Shown here: in pieces, positions 35,010 through 44,914 of the stretch
Numbering within the stretch: the stretch's first letter is position 1
How the letters are laid out: each line of letters starts with the position of its first letter
Source of the DNA: Candidatus Parcubacteria bacterium
GTDB taxonomy: Bacteria; Patescibacteriota; Patescibacteriia; Magasanikbacterales; UBA922
Assembly (NCBI GenBank): GCA_018646705.1
Contig: JABGUG010000009.1
Span: 1 to 54,756 of the forward strand
DNA length: 54,756 bases
Direction: 5' to 3'
Notes under the pieces: generated by a model
Database searches by the model: none
Seen by the model: the letters and a program-made list of their open reading frames with translations, nothing else
What the model was told of the DNA's origin: nothing
Program-made: the position numbers and the translations under genes

Positions 35010-36251
35010 TTAGAGCTCATCAATTTTAACTAAATTAGATTCCTCCTCATTTCGCATTTTAACTTCAAGACTATTTTGTTCTAGTGTCTTTGGACTTACA
35101 ATAATTCTCTTTGGGATACCTATGAGATCGCTATCTGCAAACTTTTGACCAGGACGAACATCTGCTCGATCATCGTATAAGACTTCAACACCTTGTGCTG
35201 TTAATTTTTCATAAATCTCATCAGCTTTTTTGATATCACCCTCTTCACGACATAGTGACACAAGGTGCACTTGATATGGTGCTACAGACTCTGGCCAAAT
35301 AATTCCATTTTCATCATTATATACCTCAACTATAGTACCCATAACTCGTGTGATACCAATACCATATGATCCCATAAATACAGGTATATTTTTACCATCC
35401 TCATCAGTATATGTGAGATCTAAAGCTTCAGAATACTTTGTACCCAGTGTATATATATCACCTATTTCAATTGACTTTCCTTCTTCAAAATTAAAGTCTT
35501 CTTTCTTGAATCCAAAATCTTCAAACATTTCTTCTGAATAATCTTGTTTATTTATTGCTATCTTTTTCTCTTTGTCATACATGATTATATCCTCACCAGC
35601 TTCAGATAATGTTTGAAACTCAAAAGAATATTTTGAAAAAGGTTGACCATTTGACATGGTTAGATAAGTTTTATCTCCAAGACCCAATCGAGTAAATATT
35701 TTCATGTAAACATCTTTCATAAGTTCATAAAACTCAAGATGTTTTTCTTTTGTTGTGTGAAAAGAATAGAGGTCTTTCATGTTAAATTCACGACCACGCA
35801 TTATTCCTGATTTTGCACGTAATTCATTTCGGAATTTTGTTTGAAATTGATATGCAAAAAATGGTAAATCTTTATACGAAGAAACATACTGTTTCATTAT
35901 GTCAGCAATAGGTTCCTCGTGTGTAAAAGCTAATCCTAGTTCAGTGTCATTCTTAAGCTTTGTTTTAAACCAATTATCCACTACTTCATCAGACCATCGG
36001 TTTGATGCTTCCCATTTTTCCTTACTTTGTAAAGCTGTCATTATTAATTCTTGACACCCAACTGTATCTAGTTCTTCTCGTATAACTTGTTTGATATTTT
36101 CAATAACACGAAGACCTAATGGTAAATATGCATAAACACCCGGTAATTCCTTATGAATAAAACCAGCTCGAATTAGAAGTTCAGCATTTTTTGAAACCTC
36201 ATCACTTGGAGCTTCTTTTCTTGTTTTTGTGAATAGTTGTGTTTGTCTCAT
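35010..36251 (-). CDS. proS: proline--tRNA ligase (short form without the large INS editing insertion)
   Basis: N-terminus MRQTQLFTKTRKEAPSDEVSKNAELLIRAGFI..GVYAYLPLGLRV and motif 2 FRNELRAKSGIMRGREF. Only 413 aa. Confidence 0.85.
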   Translation of the reverse strand: MRQTQLFTKTRKEAPSDEVSKNAELLIRAGFIHKELPGVYAYLPLGLRVIENIKQVIREELDTVGCQELIMTALQSKEKWEASNRWSDEVVDNWFKTKLKNDTELGLAFTHEEPIADIMKQYVSSYKDLPFFAYQFQTKFRNELRAKSGIMRGREFNMKDLYSFHTTKEKHLEFYELMKDVYMKIFTRLGLGDKTYLTMSNGQPFSKYSFEFQTLSEAGEDIIMYDKEKKIAINKQDYSEEMFEDFGFKKEDFNFEEGKSIEIGDIYTLGTKYSEALDLTYTDEDGKNIPVFMGSYGIGITRVMGTIVEVYNDENGIIWPESVAPYQVHLVSLCREEGDIKKADEIYEKLTAQGVEVLYDDRADVRPGQKFADSDLIGIPKRIIVSPKTLEQNSLEVKMRNEEESNLVKIDEL

Positions 36252-36655
36252 AAGTCTAAGTTAGGGGTTGTGGTATTTTTATGTTTAATTGAAAGTGTGA
36301 ATGAAATAATTAGTATAAAAATTGTAAATAAGATTAGTGCGTTCCAAATATTTAAATATCCTCTACCTTGTAGATATAAGAAAACTACAAGAAAAGCTGT
36401 GGCAAAAAGTGATTGTTTGAAACTAATCTGAACATAACGAAATAGTGGAAGATCTCGTGAAGCAAAAAGCTTGTATGACAAAAATGTAAGAAGAGAGATC
36501 GTACCAAGAAGTGCTAAAAATAAGCTTACATAGAAAAATACAAACCCTAGAGAAGTGGTCTGGTATGGATCAATATTCATAATTACAAATACCCAAGACA
36601 CCCAGCAAAGGAATGTCGCGAAGATCATAGTAAGTATGTACTGACGAAGGGTCAT
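36248..36655 (-). CDS. small polytopic membrane protein (hypothetical)
   Basis: 135 aa with four hydrophobic helices. Its stop overlaps the proS start by 4 nt. Confidence 0.5.
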   Translation of the reverse strand: MTLRQYILTMIFATFLCWVSWVFVIMNIDPYQTTSLGFVFFYVSLFLALLGTISLLTFLSYKLFASRDLPLFRYVQISFKQSLFATAFLVVFLYLQGRGYLNIWNALILFTIFILIISFTLSIKHKNTTTPNLDL

Positions 36656-36663
36656 AAAAATTT

Positions 36664-36784
36664 ATCTCGAATCCGAACGGTAGTGAGTGGTGAGAGATCT
36701 TTTTTACCTGGTACCCCTTTTATACGTAGGATGGCAAGTTATAGAAAATCTATCTTAAGAGAGATTTCTCACTATGTTCGAAAT
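36664..36784. repeat. Rep-B locus (divergent arms)
   Basis: Left arm ATCTCGAATCCGAACGGTAGTGAGTGGTGAGAGATCT. The right arm CTTAAGAGAGATTTCTCACTATGTTCGAAAT reverse-complements to ATTTCGAACATAGTGAGAAATCTCTC. Confidence 0.7.
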
Positions 36785-36854
36785 TAATATAAAAATAGCT
36801 CTTATCAAGCTATCTTATTTTACCGCTTTTAAGGGTTTTTGACAAGTTTTAGCT

Positions 36855-37154
36855 TTAAGCTAAATATCGTATCCGATCTACTTCTTTTTTGCCTAATTTT
36901 TCATTCATCTTTTCTACAAGTTCCGCTTGGTTGAGCCTTATTTCTTGTGCTATGGTAGAACTAGAACAACTTACAGTAAGTGTGCGATTTTTTAAAAACA
37001 AAGGTTTTGCTTGTGGTGCTATTTCTTTGCCAAACATCTCTTCAAACACTCCTTGTGCAATTTCAACAATGTCAGTTTCTTCTAACTGTTTTTGTAGTGG
37101 ACTATCTTTGTCCAATTTATCATGGAGTGCATCTCCAAGTGGTGTGAATGGCAT
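36855..37154 (-). CDS. DUF721/DciA-like small protein
   Basis: 99 aa. The pattern L.N.TL.V...SS..AQEIRL....L...N..LG...V..IR is typical of DUF721. Confidence 0.6.
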   Translation of the reverse strand: MPFTPLGDALHDKLDKDSPLQKQLEETDIVEIAQGVFEEMFGKEIAPQAKPLFLKNRTLTVSCSSSTIAQEIRLNQAELVEKMNEKLGKKEVDRIRYLA

Positions 37155-37165
37155 AATAAAATTAA

Positions 37166-37684
37166 CTAAACTTTGTATATGTATATAGTATCATCTTTTG
37201 CAACATCTTGCCAGTCTGGAAACGTAAACGCATGCGAAACTATACGACTCCCCGGCTTCATCTCACGTTTTATTTTTTTCTTTAGCTTCTTCATTCTATG
37301 AGGAATAAAATAAATGGAAACCACGTCATATTCTTTCAAATCAATGTTCCAAAGTGTATCACGAATAAGTGTGGCATTTTTAATTTTATTTTTTATTTTT
37401 TTTAATTTACTTATAATATGTAGCATCGGACTAATTTCTACTCCAGTTGCATGATCACATTTTTGAGCTGCCGCAAAAACAAGTCTCCCGTCTCCCGATC
37501 CTAAGTCTATAAATTTTTCATGTTTTTTTAGATCTACTAAATCAAGCATTCTCTTTACCTTTTTGTGGCTTGTTGGTACAAAAGGGGCGCCACTGATCAT
37601 TGCATACAAAGAATATCCAATATAGAAGACAATGCATATGTATACAAATGAAAACACTATCATTATTGTCCAGAGTAAAATCAT
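37166..37684 (-). CDS. class I SAM-dependent methyltransferase with an N-terminal TM
   Basis: Motif I is IDLGSGDGRLV. 172 aa. Confidence 0.7.
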   Translation of the reverse strand: MILLWTIMIVFSFVYICIVFYIGYSLYAMISGAPFVPTSHKKVKRMLDLVDLKKHEKFIDLGSGDGRLVFAAAQKCDHATGVEISPMLHIISKLKKIKNKIKNATLIRDTLWNIDLKEYDVVSIYFIPHRMKKLKKKIKREMKPGSRIVSHAFTFPDWQDVAKDDTIYIYKV

Positions 37685-37719
37685 CTTATAAAAATTAGTA
37701 GCCTAAAAAATTGAGGCTT

Positions 37720-40662
37720 TTACAATTGTCTAAATTCACAAATCTCTTTGAAATCACAATATTTACACACATGCTTTCCAGGTGTCGCCGTAAACTTTCC
37801 ATCGTGAATATTTTTCATTACACCAAGTAACTTTTCTTGTAATTTTTCCATGTCTTTGTCTTTACCAACAAAGGACGTTTTCAAATCATTATTAACATAA
37901 TAAAATGTCAATTTTCCTACCTCACCAATATTCCTATATTCTGGTAGAGTTTGTGCAGCTATTTGATAGATCAAGAGCTGTTGTTTATCGTCAGTTGAAA
38001 GTTTTTCTTTGCCTTTTCCTGTTTTGTAGTCAATAATCTCAAGAGTGCCATCTTCTTGTATGTCTATACGATCAATACGACCATTGATAAGATAGTCCCC
38101 TACTTTTATTTTAAAGAATCCCTCTAGACTTACTGGTACTGTCCAATTGTCTTCTTGTGACGCATAAAAAAGTTTGAGGATATCTTTACCTTTTTTATAA
38201 TAACTTTCGCGTTGTTTTTTACTCTTATACCAATCTCCTATCCATTTGTCCTCATACATTTCAAAAAGTTCTTCAATCTTTGGAACCTTAACACCGTTTG
38301 ATTTGGTTTCATTTGGTTTTTCTGTTGGCATTCCAAAGAGTGAAGCTTGTTTAACATTATTAAGTTCCTGAACACGCTCATAAAATGCTTGCAATGTATT
38401 ATGGATTGTATTTCCAAAACTAAAAGCAGCACTTCCTTTCATAGGAATTTTTAAAATATGCGCAAGCTTGTATTGGTATGGACAACGTTGGTATGAATTA
38501 AGCTGGGAGAATGAAAATTTTGATGGAGTAATATATTCAAATTCACCATCAATTGTTTCTTTATTTTTTTCTATATTCTTTATTCCATATTCAATATTTT
38601 CCTTTTTTGATTCATTAGCTTCTGTCTCAAACCCTAATTCATCCAAAAAACGACTAATTTTTTTCTTCCTAACACCACCATAATCATCTGCGCTACTAAA
38701 AAAGAGATGTTCTTTTGCGCGAGTTGCTGCCACATAGAATAGGCGTCTCTCTTCTGCATAATGTACATCATTTGATTCTGGCAAGGGTTCTTTTACAAGC
38801 TCATCTGGCAATTCTATATCACCTCCGCGTCTACGCGTAGGAAATCTTTCTTCTACACAATTCACAATAAAGACATATTTGTATTCCAAGCCTTTTGCTC
38901 CATGAATTGTAATAATATTTACAGAGTCAGGCGTGTCGGTTGGTTGATACATTTTTCCTCCGTCACCTGATTCAATAATATAATTATAATGATCTACAAA
39001 TCCTGCTACATGGGCTCCTGGAATTGCACGTTCGTAATTGGCAATAAGATCAAATAACTGTTTTAGATGATAGATTTGTCTAATCACTTCTCTATTTCCC
39101 TGATTTTCTTCATGTGTTAGATAAGCAAAATAGCCACTACTTTCCATAAATCCATAGAGTACTGCGGTTGGTTTTTCAAATCGCACACGTTTCATTCCAT
39201 CGTGTATCCATGCAATTAGATTTTTCGCAATCGTGTTTCCCTCAGGTGAAATATAAAATTCTTTAGACCGTTTTAGTACTTCATAATAACTTATTGATTT
39301 CTTTTTTGCACTTGCGGTTATCTTTTGTATATCATTTTCTGTAAATTTCAAAAATGGCATGCGTAATAGTCTGTACCATGCCCTATCATCATGGATGTGT
39401 TCCAAAATTTTTAAAAAATTAATGCCATCAAGTACAACTGGTAGTCTGTATAGCCCTGAAGATGCTAAGTATTCATATGGTATATCAGAAGATTCCAAGG
39501 TATTTAAAAACGGTTCTACATGGCTATTTGCACGTACAAGAATTGCAAAGTCATCCCAATCTACAGATTCTTTTTCACGGATCTCACTGATTTTTTTCAC
39601 CACACCCTGTACCTCTTGATCCAATGTCGAGTAGTGTAAATGTTCTACTTTTCCCTTAGTCTTAATTTTAGACTCAAGTTTTTTATTTAACCCAAGTTTT
39701 TCTTCTAATCTTTCGGGATTATTGTTCAAAATACTTTTGTATGCAAGATCGAGAATCTCTTGTCCCGACCTATAATTTTCCGTAAGTACAATTTCTTTTG
39801 CATTTTTATAATCTTCTTTGAATCGCATGATAATTGAGACGTTTGATCCGCGAAATGCGTAAATTGATTGATCATCATCCCCTACTACAGTCAGTTTTGA
39901 ATTATCACCAGTTAACAATCGAATTAATTGATATTGTGCCCAATTAACATCTTGGAATTCATCGACCAAAATATATTTAAATCTTTCTTGCAACTGTTTC
40001 AAAATATTTGGTCGTTCTTGTAATAATTTTACACAGTAAAAAATAAGATCTCCAAAATCCAGAGCTTGATTATCTAGGAGTAATTGATTATATTTGTGAT
40101 ATGCGTTTGCAATTTCGGTTTGCCTACTTTTTTCTTGAATTTCTGCCTCGTCTTTATCTAATTTTAATCCTTCTACATAATCTAAATACTCCTCAGAAGT
40201 AATCAGTTCATCTTTTGCTTTTGAAAAATGTGAAAGTAGTGTGTGAATTTGTCCGGTTGGATTTCCCATTGGGCGATAATAATCCAAATTAAAATCATAA
40301 ATATTTTCTCGCATGAGAAGCCAAGCATCGGTCTGAGAAAGGAGTTTGAAATGTGGTGGTAATCCCAAATCTACACCGTACTCTTCCAAAAGTCTTTGGC
40401 AAAAGGCATGGAAAGTGGAAATTTGAAGATCTACGTATCCTATCTCAAGCATTTCATCTACACGTTCTTGCATTTCAGCTGCCGCCTTGTCCGTAAACGT
40501 AAGGGCAAGTATCTCTTCTGGTCTTACCTTTTCAAAATCAATTAAATGGGTTATTTTTTGGGTTACCACAGTCGTTTTTCCTGTACCAGCTCCCGCAACA
40601 ATAAGAAGAGGTCCATCGTTATATTCAACCGCTTCTTTTTGTGATTTATTGAGTTTATACAT
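37720..40662 (-). CDS. UvrD/PcrA-type SF1 helicase fused to a RecB/Cas4-type PD-(D/E)xK nuclease with an Fe-S cysteine set
   Basis: AGAGTGKTT and DEFQDVN in the helicase part. The C-terminal nuclease has RCPYQYK, IDRID..LEIIDYKTG and a terminal C-x2-C-x5-C (CKYCDFKEIC). Confidence 0.85.
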   Translation of the reverse strand: MYKLNKSQKEAVEYNDGPLLIVAGAGTGKTTVVTQKITHLIDFEKVRPEEILALTFTDKAAAEMQERVDEMLEIGYVDLQISTFHAFCQRLLEEYGVDLGLPPHFKLLSQTDAWLLMRENIYDFNLDYYRPMGNPTGQIHTLLSHFSKAKDELITSEEYLDYVEGLKLDKDEAEIQEKSRQTEIANAYHKYNQLLLDNQALDFGDLIFYCVKLLQERPNILKQLQERFKYILVDEFQDVNWAQYQLIRLLTGDNSKLTVVGDDDQSIYAFRGSNVSIIMRFKEDYKNAKEIVLTENYRSGQEILDLAYKSILNNNPERLEEKLGLNKKLESKIKTKGKVEHLHYSTLDQEVQGVVKKISEIREKESVDWDDFAILVRANSHVEPFLNTLESSDIPYEYLASSGLYRLPVVLDGINFLKILEHIHDDRAWYRLLRMPFLKFTENDIQKITASAKKKSISYYEVLKRSKEFYISPEGNTIAKNLIAWIHDGMKRVRFEKPTAVLYGFMESSGYFAYLTHEENQGNREVIRQIYHLKQLFDLIANYERAIPGAHVAGFVDHYNYIIESGDGGKMYQPTDTPDSVNIITIHGAKGLEYKYVFIVNCVEERFPTRRRGGDIELPDELVKEPLPESNDVHYAEERRLFYVAATRAKEHLFFSSADDYGGVRKKKISRFLDELGFETEANESKKENIEYGIKNIEKNKETIDGEFEYITPSKFSFSQLNSYQRCPYQYKLAHILKIPMKGSAAFSFGNTIHNTLQAFYERVQELNNVKQASLFGMPTEKPNETKSNGVKVPKIEELFEMYEDKWIGDWYKSKKQRESYYKKGKDILKLFYASQEDNWTVPVSLEGFFKIKVGDYLINGRIDRIDIQEDGTLEIIDYKTGKGKEKLSTDDKQQLLIYQIAAQTLPEYRNIGEVGKLTFYYVNNDLKTSFVGKDKDMEKLQEKLLGVMKNIHDGKFTATPGKHVCKYCDFKEICEFRQL

Positions 40663-40796
40663 AAGCCAGTAGAAACAAATTAGTTACCCATATGGTATCA
40701 TATTTGGTTTGTAATATAAAGAAAAAGCTCTCATAATTATATGAAAGCTTTTTCAAAGTAAATATATATTACAATTTAACAACTGTGATCAATTAA

Positions 40797-42800
40797 CTAA
40801 TAGACTTTATGTATATTATTTTGTCGTATCATTCCCCCATTCATATTCACCAATGTTTGCAAGGTCCTCCCAATATTATCTATTTGTCTTTGTGACATGT
40901 TTTCTTCTGCATGAAGTCTAAGATATTTTTCATGTTCAGAATTTCCCACAATGACATGATTTGGTGTAACAAAATTTATTTGATTATGACAAACTGAGAT
41001 AGCATAATTCGGATGATCCTCTGAAAAAAGACTATGGCCAACAAAATGTTCTGGTCGTTCGTATGATTCACCTTCCAAAATATTTAATAATGTTGGGGCT
41101 ATATCCATATGAGTCGCGATATCTTTCATAGTAACAGACTCCATTCCTGGGATATACATCATGAATGGAAGTTGGTTGTATCCATAAAAATTATCTATTT
41201 TATTTTCTTGTTTAAATCCATAAAGCCTGTGATCATTTGAAATCACTACTATAGTATTATCGATCAAATTGTGTCTCTCTAGCTCCCTGAATAATCCTTC
41301 AATTGCGTTATCTACCATCATAAGATAGCTAAAGTAGTACCTCATCTCCTCCTCCTTGAGGGTTGAGTATTCGAGAATGTCTTGATCAATATCTTCGGTA
41401 AAAAATGTTGGTTTAAGATTACTTATTTTGGCAACATGTTCTAAATCTAACTGATTGTGTGGGGTATGAGATGTAACGCCTATAATCTGTGCAAATACAG
41501 GCGATATGCTACTTGCAATATAAGAAATTGCATCTTCTACCACTCTTAGGTCATCATATTTAAATGATGGATAGTGAGGAAGAAAAAATAAATTTTCAAA
41601 ACCCCATTTTGGATCTAATACATCCCTATTCCAAAATTTTGAAGTGTTTGAGTGAAATACTGCAGTATCATATTCAAAATTATCTTTTAAAATTGAAGGT
41701 AGGCAATCATAATCATTTTCAGATCCAATATCTGGTATGGGAGATTTTGTATCAGGTAACGCACTGCATAATGTTGCATATTCAGCATCTATAGTGTGAC
41801 ATGCATTGGCAAAGAACCTTCCAACATTCATATTCCCCTTTATAAGTTCTTTGAAATGCGGCATTGGCGAAGGCGTGTGATTTATTGCCCACGAACTTAC
41901 TGACTCCAGCTGATATACAATGATATTTGGCTTTGCACTAAGGACAGGAACGGATCTTTGTTCTACACGGAATCCATCATCGTGCCTTAATGCATCATAA
42001 TATGTATTTATATAATCAAATGGTGTTTCTAGGTTGGATTCTTCTTTTTCAGACACACTTTTCTTTTCTTCGGTCGTCGGTTCTACATCGACATTTTCAT
42101 AAATTAATTCTTCGAATGCATGCGCAGTTTCTATTTCTTGAACATTTTCTTCAAAAATGTTATTTATTCCTTTGAAAATATTTCCATATACACCATAGTC
42201 TGAAACAAAATAATTATTTTCCCACCAACCTTCTCGTGGATTATCATTGTAATATCGTGTGGTTAGGGTTCCTCCTGATATAACAAGAGTGCACAAAAAA
42301 ATTCCGATAAACGACTGTGCTATAGAAAAGTTGTTTTTTCGTTTTTCAATTTCTTGACCGCAAAAATATGTACCACATGATTTCTTATTTGTAAATTTAA
42401 AAATAATAAAAACATTTATTATAAAAAATAATAATGTTGCAATGTAGATGCTCATTGGTATAGACGGATAGAATTCTTTTATTGTTGACAAGTATGTTTC
42501 AATATCGCCGCCACTTGCAAGCTCATGTGGTGCAAGTGTTTTGAAAAATTTTATATACGCATAATTTATAAGTTGGTAGATGGATATCATTGCTAAAATC
42601 AAAGCGAGACTAATCTTCCACAAAATATGTTTTGTTATTTGTGTAAGAGAACCAATGAGCAAACTCATTAGAACTACATACACAAATGATCTTACTGAGA
42701 AATTAAGAGAAAGTGTTTGATAAAACCAAACAAAATAAAAAACAGAGACAAGTATAAGTGCCACAAAAATTTTAGTGAAATTCACTATTCTTTGTTTCAT
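40797..42800 (-). CDS. LtaS/sulfatase-like (alkaline phosphatase superfamily) membrane protein
   Basis: N-terminal multi-TM region plus an extracytoplasmic domain with IIVYQLESVSSW and VISNDH. Confidence 0.7.
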   Translation of the reverse strand: MKQRIVNFTKIFVALILVSVFYFVWFYQTLSLNFSVRSFVYVVLMSLLIGSLTQITKHILWKISLALILAMISIYQLINYAYIKFFKTLAPHELASGGDIETYLSTIKEFYPSIPMSIYIATLLFFIINVFIIFKFTNKKSCGTYFCGQEIEKRKNNFSIAQSFIGIFLCTLVISGGTLTTRYYNDNPREGWWENNYFVSDYGVYGNIFKGINNIFEENVQEIETAHAFEELIYENVDVEPTTEEKKSVSEKEESNLETPFDYINTYYDALRHDDGFRVEQRSVPVLSAKPNIIVYQLESVSSWAINHTPSPMPHFKELIKGNMNVGRFFANACHTIDAEYATLCSALPDTKSPIPDIGSENDYDCLPSILKDNFEYDTAVFHSNTSKFWNRDVLDPKWGFENLFFLPHYPSFKYDDLRVVEDAISYIASSISPVFAQIIGVTSHTPHNQLDLEHVAKISNLKPTFFTEDIDQDILEYSTLKEEEMRYYFSYLMMVDNAIEGLFRELERHNLIDNTIVVISNDHRLYGFKQENKIDNFYGYNQLPFMMYIPGMESVTMKDIATHMDIAPTLLNILEGESYERPEHFVGHSLFSEDHPNYAISVCHNQINFVTPNHVIVGNSEHEKYLRLHAEENMSQRQIDNIGRTLQTLVNMNGGMIRQNNIHKVY

Positions 42801-42816
42801 CTCTGTTTAAATTAAA

Positions 42817-44214
42817 TTATTGAGAAGGTCCACAATATCCATTAATACACACATTCCCTGTCTCACAGTCTTCTGCTAATTCACAAAATGGTTCATTAAA
42901 ACATTCATCTTCAGAAGTTCCACACCATTGGTCACCTCTGCATCCCCAGTTTTGCTGTACACCATTCACATAGTAACTGCACGCTTGATTGATTGATTGT
43001 GTATTAAGGCATTCTCCATCAATATCACTACATGTTTGAATATTGGGACAATACCATCTATCACCGTAAGAATTGTTACAGGTTATATCATTTTCTCCTG
43101 GCCAGGTACAATAACCATCTTGACATGTAGCATCATCATTTAAGCACTCTAAATGTGAACTGCATTCATTTGGGTCTTGCATACATCCACCTTGATAGCA
43201 TGTCCATCCTGACTTACAATCCGTGTTTGATGAACAACTATGCTTTATACATTCCCCAAGTGTAGAACCACAACGATAGTTGTCATTGTCACATGACCAT
43301 ATTTGTATATCATTTTCGCATTTTTTCTTTCCAGCAGCAGACTCAGCGCACTGACCATTTATACAAACAAAATTATCAATCCCACCGCAGTCACTATATG
43401 TTTGGCAACTTGCACCTGTGAACTTATATTTATCCATGCAATAGCCATGCATACAATATTGTTGTGAGCCACAATCGGATTCTTCTCGACACTCATCTGC
43501 ATAAAAACATTTGCCACCCTTATCCCCACATTCCCCTCCAGAATCACATTCCCATGTTAATCCATTTGATTCACAAACTACTCCAGATGGTGGAAGTGGT
43601 TCTGGTATACATTCTCCATCCACACACATCTTACCTTTAATACATTGATCTTGTGATGCGCATGGTGAATTTTCAGAAGGGATTTCTGGAAGCAAAACTT
43701 CTTCTGCGGGTGTACAACCTCCATCTACACATACTTTACCAGAGATACACTGTGCATTATTTGTACATGGTGAATTTTCAGGTAAAGAACCATTTTGTCC
43801 TCCAAGGCAATAGCCATTTGTACAAACTTGCCCTTCTCCACAGTCTGGGGCTGTTTCACACTGTGGATTATCAAGACATTCACCGCTGGATGTACCACAC
43901 CATTGGTCTGGTCCACATCCCCAATTCTGCTGTACGCCATCCACATAATAACTACATGCTTGGCTACCAGCCTGAATTTCTGTTAAAAATATGCATCTAT
44001 TATTTTCACACACAGTCATTTTTCCAGAACAATCCTCATCTTCATCACATTCATATGCAGGTAATATTTCAACAGAATCCTCTAGTGCTGTTTCTGTAGA
44101 GGATGCTGTATCAGGAATTCTTTCTACAGGAATAGGTTGTTCCATTTCACAACTTGCACCAATCACTATGAGTAATGTCAAGGATATCGCTATACTGTAT
44201 ATATATTTATGCAT
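42817..44214 (-). CDS. secreted/lipoprotein-like cysteine-rich repeat protein
   Basis: Signal with IGASC, and 57 Cys in 465 aa (hand count). At least nine D/E-x-C-x2-G-x2-C-x2-G-x-C units. The N- and C-terminal ~54-aa modules are 37/54 identical. Confidence 0.75.
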   Translation of the reverse strand: MHKYIYSIAISLTLLIVIGASCEMEQPIPVERIPDTASSTETALEDSVEILPAYECDEDEDCSGKMTVCENNRCIFLTEIQAGSQACSYYVDGVQQNWGCGPDQWCGTSSGECLDNPQCETAPDCGEGQVCTNGYCLGGQNGSLPENSPCTNNAQCISGKVCVDGGCTPAEEVLLPEIPSENSPCASQDQCIKGKMCVDGECIPEPLPPSGVVCESNGLTWECDSGGECGDKGGKCFYADECREESDCGSQQYCMHGYCMDKYKFTGASCQTYSDCGGIDNFVCINGQCAESAAGKKKCENDIQIWSCDNDNYRCGSTLGECIKHSCSSNTDCKSGWTCYQGGCMQDPNECSSHLECLNDDATCQDGYCTWPGENDITCNNSYGDRWYCPNIQTCSDIDGECLNTQSINQACSYYVNGVQQNWGCRGDQWCGTSEDECFNEPFCELAEDCETGNVCINGYCGPSQ

Positions 44215-44230
44215 ATTTTAATTACTAAAA

Positions 44231-44863
44231 TTAGTAAACGTAATCTTCGTGTGTCCAAATACCATCCAAACAATAATAAGTGTTTCCTGCAGTAACATCT
44301 ACTGCACCTTCTGGTGAACATGCATTTGGGTCTGCAGACGTATCTTCATAAGATGTCTCATCATAAGTTGTATCACCATCTCCCCAATTCACGTTATCTA
44401 TATCTACTTCCATACTATCTTGTGGTTCAACAACATCATAATCTGGATTCTCATGAACAACGGTTTCTACTATTGCTTCTGGACTGTCTTGCGGTTCTGG
44501 TTCAGGAAGTGGTTGAACGATTGGAGGTGTAGAAACTGTTGGTTCTTCTATTATTACGGTATCTTCTGGTCCAGTATGTGTTACACCATCAACAGAGCCA
44601 TCTGTTGGGGCTAGGATAATAGGCTCTACCAAATTTTCTTCTAATATTTCAGTAAAGAGAATACCTTTGTCAGTTCTACATTGTCTAGGATAACTCTCCA
44701 TTACAGGATTTCCAGCTGCAATACACTCTTCAAATGAAGAAATTGAGATAGTAGATGGACTATCCACTGCTGTAGGGGTTTCTGGTTTTGGGGTTGTGCA
44801 GCTTTGTCCTATAAATAACAAAACAGTAAAACTCAAAAAAAATACTATAGATGATTTATGCAT
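44231..44863 (-). CDS. secreted/lipoprotein-like hypothetical protein
   Basis: Signal with IGQSC, the same MHK..IGxSC leader type as the neighbouring gene. Has a Pro-rich linker and an acidic C-terminal half. Confidence 0.6.
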   Translation of the reverse strand: MHKSSIVFFLSFTVLLFIGQSCTTPKPETPTAVDSPSTISISSFEECIAAGNPVMESYPRQCRTDKGILFTEILEENLVEPIILAPTDGSVDGVTHTGPEDTVIIEEPTVSTPPIVQPLPEPEPQDSPEAIVETVVHENPDYDVVEPQDSMEVDIDNVNWGDGDTTYDETSYEDTSADPNACSPEGAVDVTAGNTYYCLDGIWTHEDYVY

Positions 44864-44879
44864 AAATTAACTTTTAAAA

Positions 44880-44908
44880 GTAATAAAGCGCCCCTAAAAA
44901 GGGACGCT
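44880..44908 (-). terminator. hairpin after the small Cys-rich ORF
   Basis: AGCGTCCC-TTTTTA-GGGGCGCT (one G-U pair) followed by TTATTACTTTT. Confidence 0.45.
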
Positions 44909-44914
44909 TAGTTT

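Noticed and set aside
43653-44614. Plus-strand ORFs antisense to the two cysteine-rich/secreted protein genes
   Set aside because: They are complement frames of Cys/Gly/Asp-rich coding sequence, which gives His/Gln/Thr-rich nonsense. They have no signals, and the sense-strand genes have signal peptides and a repeat structure.
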